DNA of 64,000 nucleotides from Eledone cirrhosa (lineage: Eukaryota). A program made the translations under genes and the position numbers. The stretch is taken from assembly GCA_964016885.1 (NCBI GenBank), contig OZ024740.1:255192001-255256000 (forward strand). Direction: 5' to 3'. Shown in pieces: positions 1-13,225 of the stretch. The notes under the pieces are model-generated. The model was not told where the DNA came from, did no database searches, and worked only from the letters and a program-made list of their open reading frames with translations. Every line of letters begins with the position of its first letter. Position 1 is the first letter of the stretch.

Positions 1-1961
1 AGTAGAGTCTATCAACATCACTCCTCTTGTGGAACATGCTGTAGGTAGCCATTAGCTTCCTAGTCTTTCTATCCATTTCTTTTTGTTCAGCAACATTCCA
101 TTTCAGAATTCCCGCACTGTACCTAATAATAGACACAGCTCGGGAATTTACTGCACCTATGACATTCCTACAATTTAGATGTGATTTTAGTATGTTCCTT
201 ACTCTCCTTATGTATTCTCTTATGAATTCCTTCATTTTTTTGTTCTTGATGTCATCTGCCTCCAGAACACCTAAATATTTGTATCCTTCTTCAGTGTCAA
301 TTTCCTTTATCATCTCACCTGTTTGTACCTGGATTCCGTTGCTTCTGTTCAATTTACTCCTCTTCATCACTAGGACTCCACACTAACATCAAATTGTATA
401 CATATATCATTGCTGAAAATACAGACAGGGTTAGCAAGAACATCCAACTCCCTCTCACCTTTAACAAAGAGTTTAAGATCGTCCATGAAGAGCAGGTGGT
501 TGATGGTAAGCACTCCTTTTCCCATATTGTATCCTTCTCTCACTTTTCGCAATATGAGGGACAAAAGTATGAGGGCAAGGACAAACAAAAAAGGGGACAA
601 ACTATCTCCTTGGAAGATACCTCTCTTGATCTTCACGCCTCCCAATGATTCTCCACCTGATGTTAGCTCTGTTTCCCAGGACTTCATACTTTTACTTAAT
701 AGCTGTCTGATATTGTCTGCCACCTTGAAGATCTCTAGGCCTTTGGTTATCCAACAATGAGGTACCATGTCGAATGCCTTTTTGTAATCTATACATCCCA
801 TGGTAAGACCAGTATGCCTCCTCTTGCAATTCCTTATTACCATCTTATCAATAAGTAACTTTGCACTTTTTGCTACTATGCGTTTCCTCAGTTCCTCTAT
901 GATAACATTGAACTCTTTTCCCCTAGTTTTGTATTTTATTTTCAATCTATCTTTAATGTCTATGTTTTGTAATGTCCCGTACTGTAAAGACTCAAGCTTT
1001 CCAATGTCTTTTCTCATTTCCTTGATTTGACCATTCAGTCGTTTCCTTTAGTTTTTATAACAAGCAATTTTTTCACCACATTTGCGGTTGCTTTGAGGAT
1101 ATTGTTGCATGGGTGAAGGTTCCTCGCATCAAGGTATGGGATAACCCTGTTTACCTTGGTTGTTGTTTCTTTTAACGTTTTCCTGTCTACAAATCTTAGG
1201 TTCATAGGATTTCCACTATCATTGTTCATTTCAGCGACCACTAAGTTCAGAATATCAACCAAATCTTGCCCTAGCCCGTCAGCATTCATTTCCCCAATAG
1301 CCTTATCTTTGTTCCAGGTATTATTTATTCCAGCATTCAGATCATTGTCTGCTTCGGTTGCTTCCTCAGGTCTCTCAACCTCTTCACCTTCATTTCCCAC
1401 TGGTTCATTTGCCTGATATACTCTACTCTCCATTTCCAACTCAATCTCTCTGCTCAGTTCCTCCAGTTGCAGCTCGCTTATCCATCCATTACTTCTTATT
1501 ACACGAGCCTGCCCGGCCAATTTTTGTTCATCTAATTTAAATAGACCAATCTCGTTCCAGTTGTTATGCATCCGTTTCCTATAGCATTTTCCCATGGGGT
1601 TACTCTTCAGGTAACATTTCATGACAGTTCTATTCAATTCTTTCGTCCAGTTGGTTCTTGTCCCATTCCTTCTTCCTCCAAAACCAGCAGTATTTGGATG
1701 ACAGCCAGGTCCCTGCTGCTGGGCCATGGAGCACTTACTGGGTGAGAGTCTTTCACATGAAGTTCCAGCCTCCTTTTCACCGTTATTCGAACTGTATAGG
1801 TTTGACATTTAAACACGCATATCGAGGATTAGTGAATTTATGGTTGCACCACGGTTTTTAGCGTGACACCATTACGTTTTGGGGCAATTTATGTGACATT
1901 TATCTATCATTATTTTTTGTTCTGTTTTTAATGTTTTCCAAATGTGAATCCTGAAGTCATA

Positions 1962-3448
1962 TTGGCAGTATCGGTAGAGCGTCGGACGCCATGCTTTGAC
2001 GCATGGAGTTACGGCCCTTTATGATCTGAGTTCAAATCCCGCCGTGGTTAACTTTGCCTTTCATCCTTACAGGGCATATAAAATAAAGAACCATTAATGT
2101 ACTGGGTAATTGCTGGCCTTGTACCAAAAGTAGAAACAATTATTAATATCTTAAGCAGTGGATAAAACAGAGCCTCAACAATACACTGGCATAATTGCTG
2201 GCCCTGTGCCAAAAGCAGATACAATTATTATCATCATCATCATCTGCCATTTATGGTCCTAGCACAAATCCCGCCGAGGTCAACCCCACTCCTCACTTCT
2301 ATGGGGTCAGCAATTCACCGGGGCAATCGCTGGCCCTGTTCCCAACGCAGAAACAATCATTATCATCAGCTTCCCCACCATCAGCATCAACAAATCATTA
2401 TCATTTTCATTTTCATTTTTAGGTGGTAGTTGTGGTAGTGGTGGCGGTAGTGGGGTGGGTGGTGTCATTGTAATGTTTGAATACCTGACTTTGTTTTTTC
2501 CTTTTTTGTTTTTCAAGGCCAATAACATCGATTACTAGCGTTGTTGTTGCTGCTGCTGCTGTTTTTGATTTTAGCTACGCTAAGCTCGTAGTCATAGCAA
2601 CGAGGGAGGTAGGCGGTGTTGCGTTCAAAAGTTTTGAATATTGTTTTTCTTTTGATGTTGAGTTTGTTTTTGTCTGTGTTCTGTTCTGTAGTTTTGCGAC
2701 TTCGGGGTCGATAAAATAAAGTACCAGTACTGGGTTTGCTGGCCTTGTGCCTAAAGTAGAAACAATTATTATACAGTATCGGTAGAGGGTCAGACGCCAT
2801 GCTTTCTAGCATAGTTATGTCCCTTTATGATCTGAGTTCAAATCCCGCCGAGGTTAACTTTGCCTTTCATCCTTACGGGGGTCGATAAAATAAAGAACCA
2901 GTAATGTACTGGCTAATTGTTGGCCTTGTGCCAAAATGTAGAAACAATTATTATACAAGGGCCCTTACGGGGTCTATAAAATAAAGTATCAGTAATACAC
3001 TGGGATAATTGCTGGCCTTGTGCCAAAAGTAGAAATAACTATTATACAAGGGCCCACTCTGAGTATGCGCTTGTAGACTGAGGATTGGGAAAACTGAGAG
3101 AGGGCGCATGCCCTGGTGGTCAGGGAGGCCGTGGTCTTTTGTGTGGTTTTCGCCACGAGTGACCCTCGGAGGCTTCCTCCTTATTGGGGTCTTTTTGTTG
3201 TTTGAATTTTAATTTATTTTACACGATAATGTTTTTCTTCATGTTAGCCCTTGTGGCCAATAAAGAAACCATTATTATACAAGTTGACATCGTCTGAACT
3301 AAACATTTTGAGAGAGCTTAGAGATACAACAATAGTAATTATAACCTTTGCCTTTCATCGTTACGGGGTCGATAAAATAAAGTACCAGTAATGTACTGTG
3401 TAATTGATGGGCTTGTGCCAAAAGTAGAAACAATTATTATTATTATTA
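1962..3448 (+). mobile_element. Cluster of full and 5'-truncated tRNA-type SINE copies (about 1962-2143, 2160-2230, 2248-2365, 2703-2772, 2775-2952, 2963-3045, 3341-3448)
   Basis: Repeated modules: A-box-like TGGCAGTATCGG, B-box GTTCAAATCC, core GAGGTTAACTTTGCCTTTCATCCTTACGGGGTCGATAAAATAAAGTACCAG, and tail GGCCTTGTGCCAAAAGTAGAAACAATTATT. Confidence 0.8.
3050..3270 (+). mobile_element. 5'-truncated Tx1-like LINE (end of ORF2 plus 3' UTR)
   Basis: Matches 8895-9157 and 20365-20636; ends gcccttgtggccaataaagaaacc followed by attatt. Confidence 0.8.
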
Positions 3449-3751
3449 TAGGATTGGTGGTAGCGGCGGCGGTGATATTGCCGTTATTTGGCTGCTGTAA
3501 TTAGAAGACGCAGAGGGGTTTTCTTCCACTTGTAGATATTTTCTTGTTTTAATATAAAATTTTTAACATAAAATTAAATATTTGAGTAAGATTCCTAGAT
3601 ATTATGTGGTCTCACTTCTTGGGGATAGGGCTGATGTCTTATGTCCCATTTGCAATTAAAATTATTATATCACAAGTGTTTTAAATATTTTAAAAAACCA
3701 TAAACTTACGGGAGCGAATCCATAACAGTACATATCCATTATTATTATTAT

Positions 3752-4370
3752 ACGGAAGCTGGAGATGTTGCAGGGTATCCCGCTCGAACCGGGACGTGGC
3801 AGGACTGTGTCGGCTTATGCGGACGACATCACCGTGATTGTGTCGGACACCTCAGAAATCGAGGTGGTCGGCAACTTATTGGAGGAATATGAAAGGTTGA
3901 CGGGAGCAAAACTTAACCTGGAAAAGTCGGTGGGCTTGCAACTCAGCACCTGGAGAGGCAAGTCCATGCCGTCCAACAGCGTCGTTGGGCGCTGGACGGA
4001 CCGACCGGTAAAGTTGCTCGGGGTTTGGTTCGGGCCAGACCTCCAGGTGGATAAGAATTGGGACTAGGTAACGAGTAGGGTAGCCAGTCTCACCCAAAAA
4101 TGGGCTGCGAGAAAGCTATCACCCTGGGTGCCCTAGAATCGCAGGGTGGTTCAGGTTTGGTGGGGTACCTGAGTCACCCCTGGGTCGTCCACCTCCTATA
4201 GGGGAATTTATTTATTTTGTTATACATAATTTATTTTATATTTGTATATCTTCATTGTTAAATTAGTCTTGCCATTGTGCACTTTTACTCGACCTTATTG
4301 TAAACCCCCACTGTCCCTGTCTTTGTATTGTCCCCTACATGTCGGCCCTTGTGGCCAATAAATGAAATCA
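3752..4370 (+). mobile_element. Truncated, internally deleted Tx1-like LINE
   Basis: ORF 3765..4067 has the RT motif SAYADD and VKLLGVWFG; the sequence then jumps to a 3' UTR ending ggcccttgtggccaataaatgaaatc-(ATT)n. Flanked by ATT tracts on both sides. Confidence 0.8.
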
Positions 4371-4388
4371 TTATTATTATTTTTATTT

Positions 4389-4605
4389 GGGCGGTGGATT
4401 GGTAGTAGGGCGGTGGCTTGGTAGTATCGGTAGAGGGTCGGACGCCATGCTTTGCAGCAAAGAGTTATGGCCCTTTATGGTCTGAGTTCAAACCCGCCGA
4501 GGTTAACTTTGCCTTTCATCCTTACGGGGTCGATAAAATAAAGTACCAGTAATATACTGGGCAATTGCTGGCCTTGTGCCTAAAGTAGAAACAATTATTA
4601 TTATT
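4389..4605 (+). mobile_element. Full-length tRNA-type SINE with a duplicated 5' start
   Basis: gggcggtgg(a/c)ttggtagta occurs twice, followed by B-box-like GTTCAAACCC, the conserved core and an (ATT)n tail. Confidence 0.85.
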
Positions 4606-4619
4606 GAAGGTGAAGCCAC

Positions 4620-7600
4620 GCTTCTTATCGGCTCCTGATTTTTTCAACAGTATGCATCGATTTCAACCATTCCTAACCATTTATTCAAGTTTTAAACTTG
4701 AAAAGTGTTTAGAAGAAATGACCCACTCGTAAATAATACGGCATTCCTTTATGGAGTGTCGTATTATGTAAAAAATTTATTTTTAAAATTTCGTTCAAAC
4801 ATGGATAACACAAGAGAGAGAGAGAGAGAGCACTGTCAGACAACTCAGAGAGAGGGAGACTTTGTCAACATGTCAACAAGACAGCGTTCTAGCGAAGGTG
4901 AATACAAACAAAAATATTACGAAGGAAAAGAAAAATAGTATCTTTTTTAATGATATTGTTTCAGATTTAAAATTACCAAATATTTCTAACACAAACAACA
5001 CCAACAACAACACCATCAATAACAACAGCAACAAGAAAAATAACAATGATAGGGTCGAGAACGACAATAACAATGACAATAACAACAGCAACAACAACAA
5101 TAATAGTAGGAACAGTATCAACAAAAACAACAATAATAACAACAGCCAAAATAACAGTAACAACAGCAACATTATCAACGAAAACAACAACAATGACAAT
5201 AATAACAGTAACAACAGTACCAACGAAAACAACAACAATAACATCAATACCAGTAACAGCGATCTCAGCACCAACAGCAAGACCAGTAGCAGCAGTAGCG
5301 GTAGCAATAGTGGTGGCGTTGAAAAGGGGGCCACTTCTTTTGCAGGTGTGGCCCGAAATGTCGAAACAGTGTTAGTCACGGAGGGGGAGATGGCAGCCGC
5401 AAGGGCCATGGTGACGAGAAATGCCAATCGAGTCTCCCTGAAACCCCCAACCGATTTTTTCAAGGACCAGCAGTTACGGACGGTGACTTACCGCACCGTA
5501 GGAAAAATATCACATCGAGTGGAGAGAGCCACGGAGGTTCAAATCCAAAAACCTTGGGGTGCGTCTGGGCGCGCAAAACCCACATCATTCAAGGAAAAAA
5601 ATATGCCACAGTAGACGTACTTTTTGTCTCACTCTTTGGTAACCCTAAAGAGTGAGCAGATAGTTTTGGTACTTTGGGCATAAAATTGTGAGGGTCAAAG
5701 TGACTCAGGTCCCGCCCGACGTGCCCATACCTGGGCTGGTCGCGTCTGTCCTTGCTTGAATCGAGGACAGGACGACCATGCTGCAAGTAGAGAATATAGG
5801 GAGAGAGAACTGGTCAGGTATAAGCATGCAAATGCTAATTCAAACTCACCAGGAGCATCACCACCACCAACATCACCACAAGCACCAACATCGCAAACAC
5901 AACAAGACAAACATACCCAACAGCAGCAACAAGAAAACAGCCCCCCCCCCTCTCCAAAAAACAAAAACAAAACAATAAAACAACAACATTACACAGCCAT
6001 AAACATGGCAAATAAAGAACTCTTAGAACATATAAAGCAGCACACATTCCCCAACGCAGTTGGAGACTTCAGCGGGTCAGTTACCAAGAGGATATACACC
6101 GACATCATCTTGGAGACACCCATGACCAGCCGGTTCGACTGTCCTTTTCCCACACGATCAGGGTAGTTGATCCTTTCTCACTTACTCCATTCCTCGCCCA
6201 ACATGGCCTTACTTAGAACAGGCAGTATAAATGTACGTGGCTTGGGGTCATCTTGGAAGCAGGGCCACCTGCTTAATGATCTCAGGTCACTAAACATAGA
6301 TGTGGTGGCCATCAGCGAGACCAGATTTCCGAAGCACGAGACTTCGCAGCGATCTTTGGCGGCTACGATGTATACGCATCTCCCAGCCGTCCAGGAGTGG
6401 GAGGCGGAGTTGCTGTGCTTTTTCGGAGAGGCTTGGATCTCGCCATACGGCGACCCAGAAGGTAAGTCGGTGGTACTGGACGTGACAGGCAGCGAAGGCA
6501 ATGCTTTCAAGCTAGTAACCGTCTACGCCCCAACAGGGGCATGACGGCCAGATTTCTTCAGACGTCTAGAGACCTTTCTTGGAATGTGGGCGACTGGAAC
6601 AGTGTCTTAGATACACGCTGAGATTATGTTGGGCTAGTAAATAAGGGATGAGGATGTAAAAGCCTCACCAACTGTCTGACAGGTATCGACTGGATTATCC
6701 GAATGTACCAATGTGGACATGGGCAAACCGCATCGAGTCATCCAGATCGTATCTAGATAGAGTATTGTGTAGGGAAACAGATAAGGCTAGTGTAGGTTGT
6801 CCATAATTTAAAGCAGTCGGCTACTCGGACCACAAATTTGTGATCTGTGAAGTCTGACTAAAACGGACACATGTTGCTCAACTGTTTGGGAGCGGCGGCG
6901 GGCCAGTTCAGAGAATGAGCTTCAGCGCATACCTCGAGGGACTGCGCAGCTCTCGACGACCGCAGTGCAGTATTGAGAAAAGCCCATAACAGCAGGTGAA
7001 ATACGGGAAGCGATGTGTGACTGCCCGATGTGTAAATCGCCAGGTTTGGATGGTCTGCCCTACGAGCTTTATGCGTACATGACAGACTTGTTCGGCGACC
7101 TCTTGGCAGACATCTACTGCAACTGGCAGCAGAACAGGAAGATTCCCAGTTTGTGAGCCGGGAGCGGTGGCGCTGTTGAGAAAAGACCCGTACAAAGGGG
7201 ACGTTATAGACAACTTCAGGTTCATAACTCTGTTAAACACAGATTTCAAGATTTTGGCCAAGGTATTAGCAAAGAGATTGGCGCTTGTCGTCGGTGATCT
7301 GGTGGGGGAGGCGCAGACATGAGTCATTCCCGACAGACCCATCCACGACAACCTCCACCTCATGAGATACATCATAGAGAGGGTGGTTAAGGAACCTGGC
7401 ACGGGTGGGGTCCTGATCAACTTAGATCAATCTAAGGCATTTGATATGGTCAACCATCTGTACCTGGCGGCGGTCCTCGAGGCGGCTGGTTTCGGGCCCA
7501 TTTTCAGGGGTTGGATCGCTGCGATGCACAGCGACATCTGCTCAGTTGTTAAGGTGAACGGTCATCGGTCACAGCCGTTCAGCATCATGCGCTCGGTCCG

Positions 7601-9157
7601 CCAGGGTTGTCCCTCTCGTCACTCTTGTACGTATTGGCCCTAGAGCCGTTACTGCACAAATTGGAGGCGATGAGAGACGTCCCACGCGAACTGGGATGCA
7701 GGAGATCCGTATCGGCTTACGCCGACGATGTCACCGTGGTGGTGTCAAGGATCTCAGGGCACCGATCTCAAGGAATTTGAAGCAGTGACAGGAGCAAATT
7801 TAAACCAGGAAAAGTCGGTGGTCTTGCAGCTCGGCACCTGGAGAGACAAGCCCATACCGCCCGACAGCGTCGCGAGGCGCTGGATGGAAAGGCCGGTTCA
7901 ATTGCTCGGGGTCGGGTTCGGTCCAGACCTCCAGATAGAGAAAAACTGGAGCGAGGTGACGAACAGGTTAGCCGCTCTCACCCAGAAATGGGCCGAAAGG
8001 AAGCTGTCTTTGAAAGATAGGTTTGAGGTGGCGAATTCGTACATTACATCCGTCATCTGCTACCGCCTAGCCGTTGTGCCTTGCACCGGCCCAACTCTCA
8101 CCAAAATGGAGCGCCTCCTCTTCCGCTTTTTATGGAAGGAACGTGCTCCCATGGTCAGACGAGCCATAGCTGTCAACACCCGTTGTCAACAGCTCGTCTC
8201 ATTAATGGAGTTGCAGTCCTGTATCAGGAAAAGACCGAGGGATAGCGCTCGGAAGTTGGAATATCACCAAGCGCCCACCGCCTTCTACCAGCTGGGCACT
8301 AGTATCGGTGGAACATCCATCACAACGTTCTATAGAGGACTAGTGGAGGGGAAGAGCAGTCACGTCTCGGGGAGACCCTGGGCGTCGAAGACGATCAGCT
8401 GTTCGCTCTCTTCAAGAGAACTTTCAGCCCGGCGCATATGGACAACTTCCAGAAGTCCCTGGCCTTGCACTGCTACTGGGGATCGTTGCCGGTTCGAGAT
8501 AAGCTCTACAGAGCTGTCAGTGATGTGCGCAGGGCGACGAAACCGTCGTGCACGCACTCATCCAGTGACCGAGGATTGCTGACCTGTGGAGCTATGTCGA
8601 ACAGTTGCTGTCGCGGGTAGGACGGATCCGGTTATCGACTGAGTCCATTGTGCAGATAGCCCCGCCATCCTCCTTTAAAGAGGGGGAAGGGCAGGCAGTT
8701 TTCATCTGCCTGGTGGCCATGACGAAAGAGATTGTGCGGTGGACAAGGTTAAAAGGGTTGAAGACGGACACTTTCCTCTCCGGCCAATAACTGATTAACA
8801 TTTTCAAGTTTCACTCGAAGAGGAAAATCAGGCTGGAGAGTGCTGTCTTCTAGTAAGTTTGTTGAAAGGTGGGTGAAAATGACGAGTCTGGTCCGAGTAT
8901 GCGCCTGTAGACCGAGGAGTAGAAAACTGAGAGAGGGCACTTGCCCTGGTGGTCAGGGTGGCCAGGTCTTTTGTGTGGTTTTCGCCACGAGTAACCCTTG
9001 GAAGTTTCCACCCTATTGGTGAATTTATTTTGATATTTCTATCTTCTTGTTATAACATTTTTTATACGACCAAAACCCACTTTGTATCATCCTGTACCGT
9101 TCTGTGCCGTCTGTAATTTTTTTCTTTATGTTAGCCCTTGTGGCCAATAAAGAAATC
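4620..9157 (+). mobile_element. Degenerate near-full-length Tx1-like (L1-clade) LINE, copy 1
   Basis: ORF1 remnants 4801-6166 (Asn-rich, SFAGVARN). ORF2 remnants include APE endonuclease (GSINVRGL...AISET, SDH) and RT (ITLLNTDFK, DQSKAFD, VRQGCP, YADD), with many frameshifts. 3' end aataaagaaatc-(ATT)n. The 5' boundary is approximate. Confidence 0.85.
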
Positions 9158-11177
9158 ATTATTATTATTATTATTGTTCTTTGAGTCTCAGTCATTGATG
9201 TTATTTAACTGGAAAGTTTGTTGAAATGTATATCAAGCCACTACCTGCAGCCTCAGATATTCAGGACGTATCGGAGGGTTTTGCTGTTCCCAGCAAGCAT
9301 GCCTTTTGAAGTGTTCCAAAAAGCGGGGCGCGACTAATTTTCTTTAACCATCCTTGGAAACTTTTGGAGATAGTACCTAGTGCGCCTATGACAATCGGGA
9401 CCACTTTGACTTCATGGCAGTTCCAAATCCTTTTTACCTCCCACTTTAAGTCCTGGTATCGGTTAATGTTCTCCCTCTCCTTCTCTTGCACTCTCGTGTC
9501 GAATGGGCAGGCTACATCTACAATCAGGCACGATCTTTTTTCCTTGTCCAAAACCACCAGGTCAGGTCTATTGTGTTCCAGTTTCTTGTCCGTATGTATC
9601 CTAAAATCCCACAGCACCTTCACCTGATCGTTTTCTATCAACGACTCTGGCTGATGCTCATACCACTTCTCAGAATGTGGTAAATTGTTTACTTTGCATA
9701 GGTGCCAGTGAATAACCCTGCCCATCACATCATGTCTCCAGCCTTTATAGTGAGTCTGGGCTACGTGTTTACACTCGGATACAATGTGAGCCACAGTCTC
9801 CTCTCTCTCTACAGATCCTACACAGTGGGCTAGCCTCCTCCTTGTAAATATGGTGTTTCAGCCACTTCGTTTTGAGGGCCTGCTCTTGCGCAGCCATTAG
9901 CATTCCTTCTGTAGCCTTTTTAAGGTCTCCTCTTTTCAATCAGTTCCATGTCTGTGGATCTCTAAATTCAGTTTTCTCAAAGAAAGTACTATGAAGGGAT
10001 TTTTCCTGAAGGTTGCTCTTCCTCCTTGTTGTTATTTCCTCCTTGGACATCCCCTGGTCTATTGTCCTCTCCTTCAGTACAATTCTGAGCATTGGCTCCC
10101 TACTATCAGTCACGTATTTGTGTAGGTTGTTTTTCTCCATTTGAACACAGTCTTCTATGCTGATAAGACATCCTTTCTGTTTGTCTGGTAACAAGGTCTA
10201 TCGTTGGTAACATCATTACCCTTGATTCGGTCTTTCATTACCAGAACTGTGATACCTTTTGTCAACCACTCTGGTACCTCACCTGACATCAAGCAGTCAT
10301 TGAACATGGTTGTCAGTTTCGGGTGGAGGGATGTTATATTTTTTATCCAATACCCCTGCACACCCTCTGTGCCTGGTGATTTCCAGTTGGTTAGGTTTTG
10401 GACTGCCTCTTAAGAGTTTCAACTGTGATACTCAAATCAGTTTGTTGGTGTGCCTGTTCACTAATCTCCTTTTGTACTGTCCCAATCCACACTGCCTCAT
10501 CATTATGTTTAACATCCTGCTCCCATATTCCTCTCCAGAATGTCTTAGTCTGTTCCGACTCAGGGATCAAGTCGTTGCCTCTTTCTTTCCCTTCAAGCTG
10601 TCCAAACAACATCTTCTGGTTGTTGTCAAACATGCGGTTCTGTCTATACTGACTGACTCTGCTCTCATATCGCCTAATCTTTGCACTCTTTGCTACAATG
10701 CGTTGCTTCAGTTCCTCTATGATAATATTTAGCTTTTTACTCCTAGTTTTATACTTTATTTCCAGTCTATTTTTAGTGTCTATGTTTTGTAGTGTCCCAT
10801 TCAGTAGGGACTCAAGCTTTCCAATGTCATTTCTCATTTCCCTGATTTGACCATTCAGTCGTTTCTTCCACCAAGGTTCTGATCTTTCTTGCTTTTATGC
10901 CAAGTAATTTCCTCACCGCATTTGCTGTTGCTTTGATGATATTGTTGCACTGGTGAAGGTTCCTCGCCTCAAGGTATGGGATGACTTTGTTTACCTTAGC
11001 TGTTGTTTCTTTTAACTTTTTCCTGTCTACAAATCTTAGGTTCATAGGTTTCCCACTATCATTGTTCATTTCATCTACCACTAAGTTTAGGATATCAACC
11101 AAATCTTGTCCTAGCCCGTCAGCATTCATTTCCTCAATGGCCGTATCTTTGTTCCAGGTATTATTTATTTCAGCATT

Positions 11178-11366
11178 GAGGGCGGTGGATTGGCAGTATC
11201 GGTAGAGGGTCGGACGCCATGCTTTGACGCATAGAGTTACGGCCCTTGCCATTCTGAGTTCAAATCCCGCCGAGGTTAACTTTGCCTTTCATCCTTACGG
11301 GGTCGATAAAATAAAGTACCAGTAATGTACTGGGTAATTTCTGGCCTTGTGCTAATAGTAGAAACA
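11178..11366 (+). mobile_element. Full-length SINE inserted in the R4 ORF with an 18-bp target-site duplication
   Basis: TSD attatttatttcagcatt at 11160-11177 and 11367-11384; A-box-like TGGCAGTATCGG and B-box GTTCAAATCC. Confidence 0.9.
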
Positions 11367-12176
11367 ATTATTTATTTCAGCATTCAGATTATTGTCTGCT
11401 TCGGATGCTTCCTCCGTTCTCTCAACCTCTTCACCTTCATTTCCCACTGGCTCGTTTGCCTGGCATACTCCACTCCCAATTTCCAACCTAATCTCTCTGC
11501 TCAGTTCCTCCAGTTCCAGCTCGCTTATCCATCCATTAGTTCTTATTACCCGAGCCTGCCCGGCCAATTTTTGTTCATCTAATTTAAATAGTCCAATCTC
11601 GTCCCAGATGTTATGCATCCGTTTCCTATAGCCTTTTCCCTTGGGGTTACTTTTCAGGTAACATTGCATAACAGTTCTATTCAATTCTTTCGTCCAGTTG
11701 GTTCTGATCCCTTTCCTTCTTCTTCCTCCAACACCAGCAGTATTTGGTTGACAGCCAGGTCCCTGCTGCTGGACCAGGGAGCACCTGCTGGGTGAGAGTC
11801 TGTCACATAACGTTCCAGTCTCGTCTTCATCGTTATTCGAACTGTTTAGGTTCGACATTTAAACACTCATATTGAGGATTGGTGAATGTATGGTTACATA
11901 AACACCGGTTATTACATCACCCCCAGTGATTTGATCATCCCGGTGATTTTAGCGTGGCACTATCACGCTGTAGACGAACATAAATAAATAAACAAATAAA
12001 TAGGTAAAAACTTTAAAAAATAAACATAAGTTTCATTGTAATGTGTGACCTAGTTTGTTTGTTTGTTTGTTTTGTCCCTTTCGCTTTTCGTTGCTGCTGT
12101 TTTGATTTTACCTTCATGGAAAGTAGGGATTGTTGCGTTCAAAACTTTTGAAATTTGTTTCGACTTGTTGCTTATC

Positions 12177-12558
12177 ATAGAGTCGGACGCCATGCTTTCC
12201 AGCATAGTTACGTCCCTTTACGGTCTGAGTTCAAATCCCGCCGAGGTCAACCCTGCCTCTCATCCCCACGGGGTCGACAAAATAAAGTACCAGTAATGTA
12301 CTGGGCAATCGCTGGCCCTGCGCCAAAAGCAGAAACAATTATTATTATTATTATATCCCACCGAGGTTAACTTTGCCTTTCATCCTTATGGGGTCGATAA
12401 AATAAAGTAGCAGTAATTACTCGGTAATTGCTGGCCTTGCGCCAAATGCAGAAACAACCATTATTATATTATACGGGGTCGATAAAACAAAGCACCAGCA
12501 ATGCACTGGGCAATTGCCGACCCTGCGCCAAAAAAATATAAACAATTATTATTATTAT
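12177..12558 (+). mobile_element. Tandem array of three progressively 5'-truncated SINE copies
   Basis: Three core/tail modules, each ending in an attatt tail. Confidence 0.8.
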
Positions 12559-13184
12559 ATTATAGTTCAGATTTGACATCGTTTAAACTAAACACTTTGA
12601 GAGAGTTTAGAGGTACAACAGCAATAATGTTTTTGGTGTTGTTGTTGCTGCTAGCTTTTTAACCGGGTCACCAAATCAGTCTATTTATATGTTTTGATAC
12701 CTTCCTCGCTTCTATTCATGTCTAGTGGGACTACTACCATCCCTCTGTCTTAACAGGAGGTAGTGGGAGAGAATAGCGGCGGTAACGATAATGATGCAAT
12801 GGTGGTGGTGGTGATTTGATAGTAGTACTGTAGTGATGGTGTTGATGTAGCCGTTGGTTTGGCTAGATTTTTGTGAGGTAGTGGTGATAGGTGATGGTAG
12901 CGGCGGCGGTGGTGGTGTTGGTGGTAAAATTATTTGCCTGTTGTTTGTAGCCATGTAGACATTTTTCTATTTTGACTATAACATTTCTGATCCAAAATTA
13001 AATATTAAATATTGGAGCCCTATGCCATAATATGATGCGTTGTCACTTCCTGAGAGTTAAAACTGTAATCTTATGTTCCATTTGTAATAAGAATTATTAT
13101 ATCACAATTGTTTTAAATACGTAAAAATGAAAAAATTACGGGAGCGATTCCATAACACTATATCCACCACGTGCGTGTCTTCCC

Positions 13185-13215
<31 letters not shown>

Positions 13216-13225
13216 GTTGTTGTTA

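Larger units (their letters stand above)
1..3737 (-). mobile_element. Degenerate older R4/Dong-like RLE LINE (runs off window start); 5' UTR interrupted by SINEs and a Tx1 3' fragment
   Basis: ORF pieces 1035..1808 (N-terminus) and 370..1017 (RT motifs DYKKAFD, GIFQGDSLSP, LFMDDLKL) are homologous to the ORF at 21809..25186. There is an internal deletion at AKSAK|LLIDK. The 5' terminal motif acttacgggagcga (~3705) is followed by (ATT)n. Confidence 0.85.
9178..13184 (-). mobile_element. Degenerate older R4/Dong-like LINE with most of the RT deleted; SINE insertions at 11178-11366 and 12177-12558
   Basis: ORF pieces 11352..11858, 10391..10837, 9940..10194 and 9261..9794 (RHD, NRPDLVV-DVACP-K RLE motifs). 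Both termini abut (TTA)n. Confidence 0.85.

Noticed and set aside
1962-3448. Regularly recurring conserved modules resembling a CRISPR array or tRNA cluster
   Set aside because: They are variable-length SINE copies with no unique spacers, no cas genes and no cloverleaf, in a eukaryotic context.
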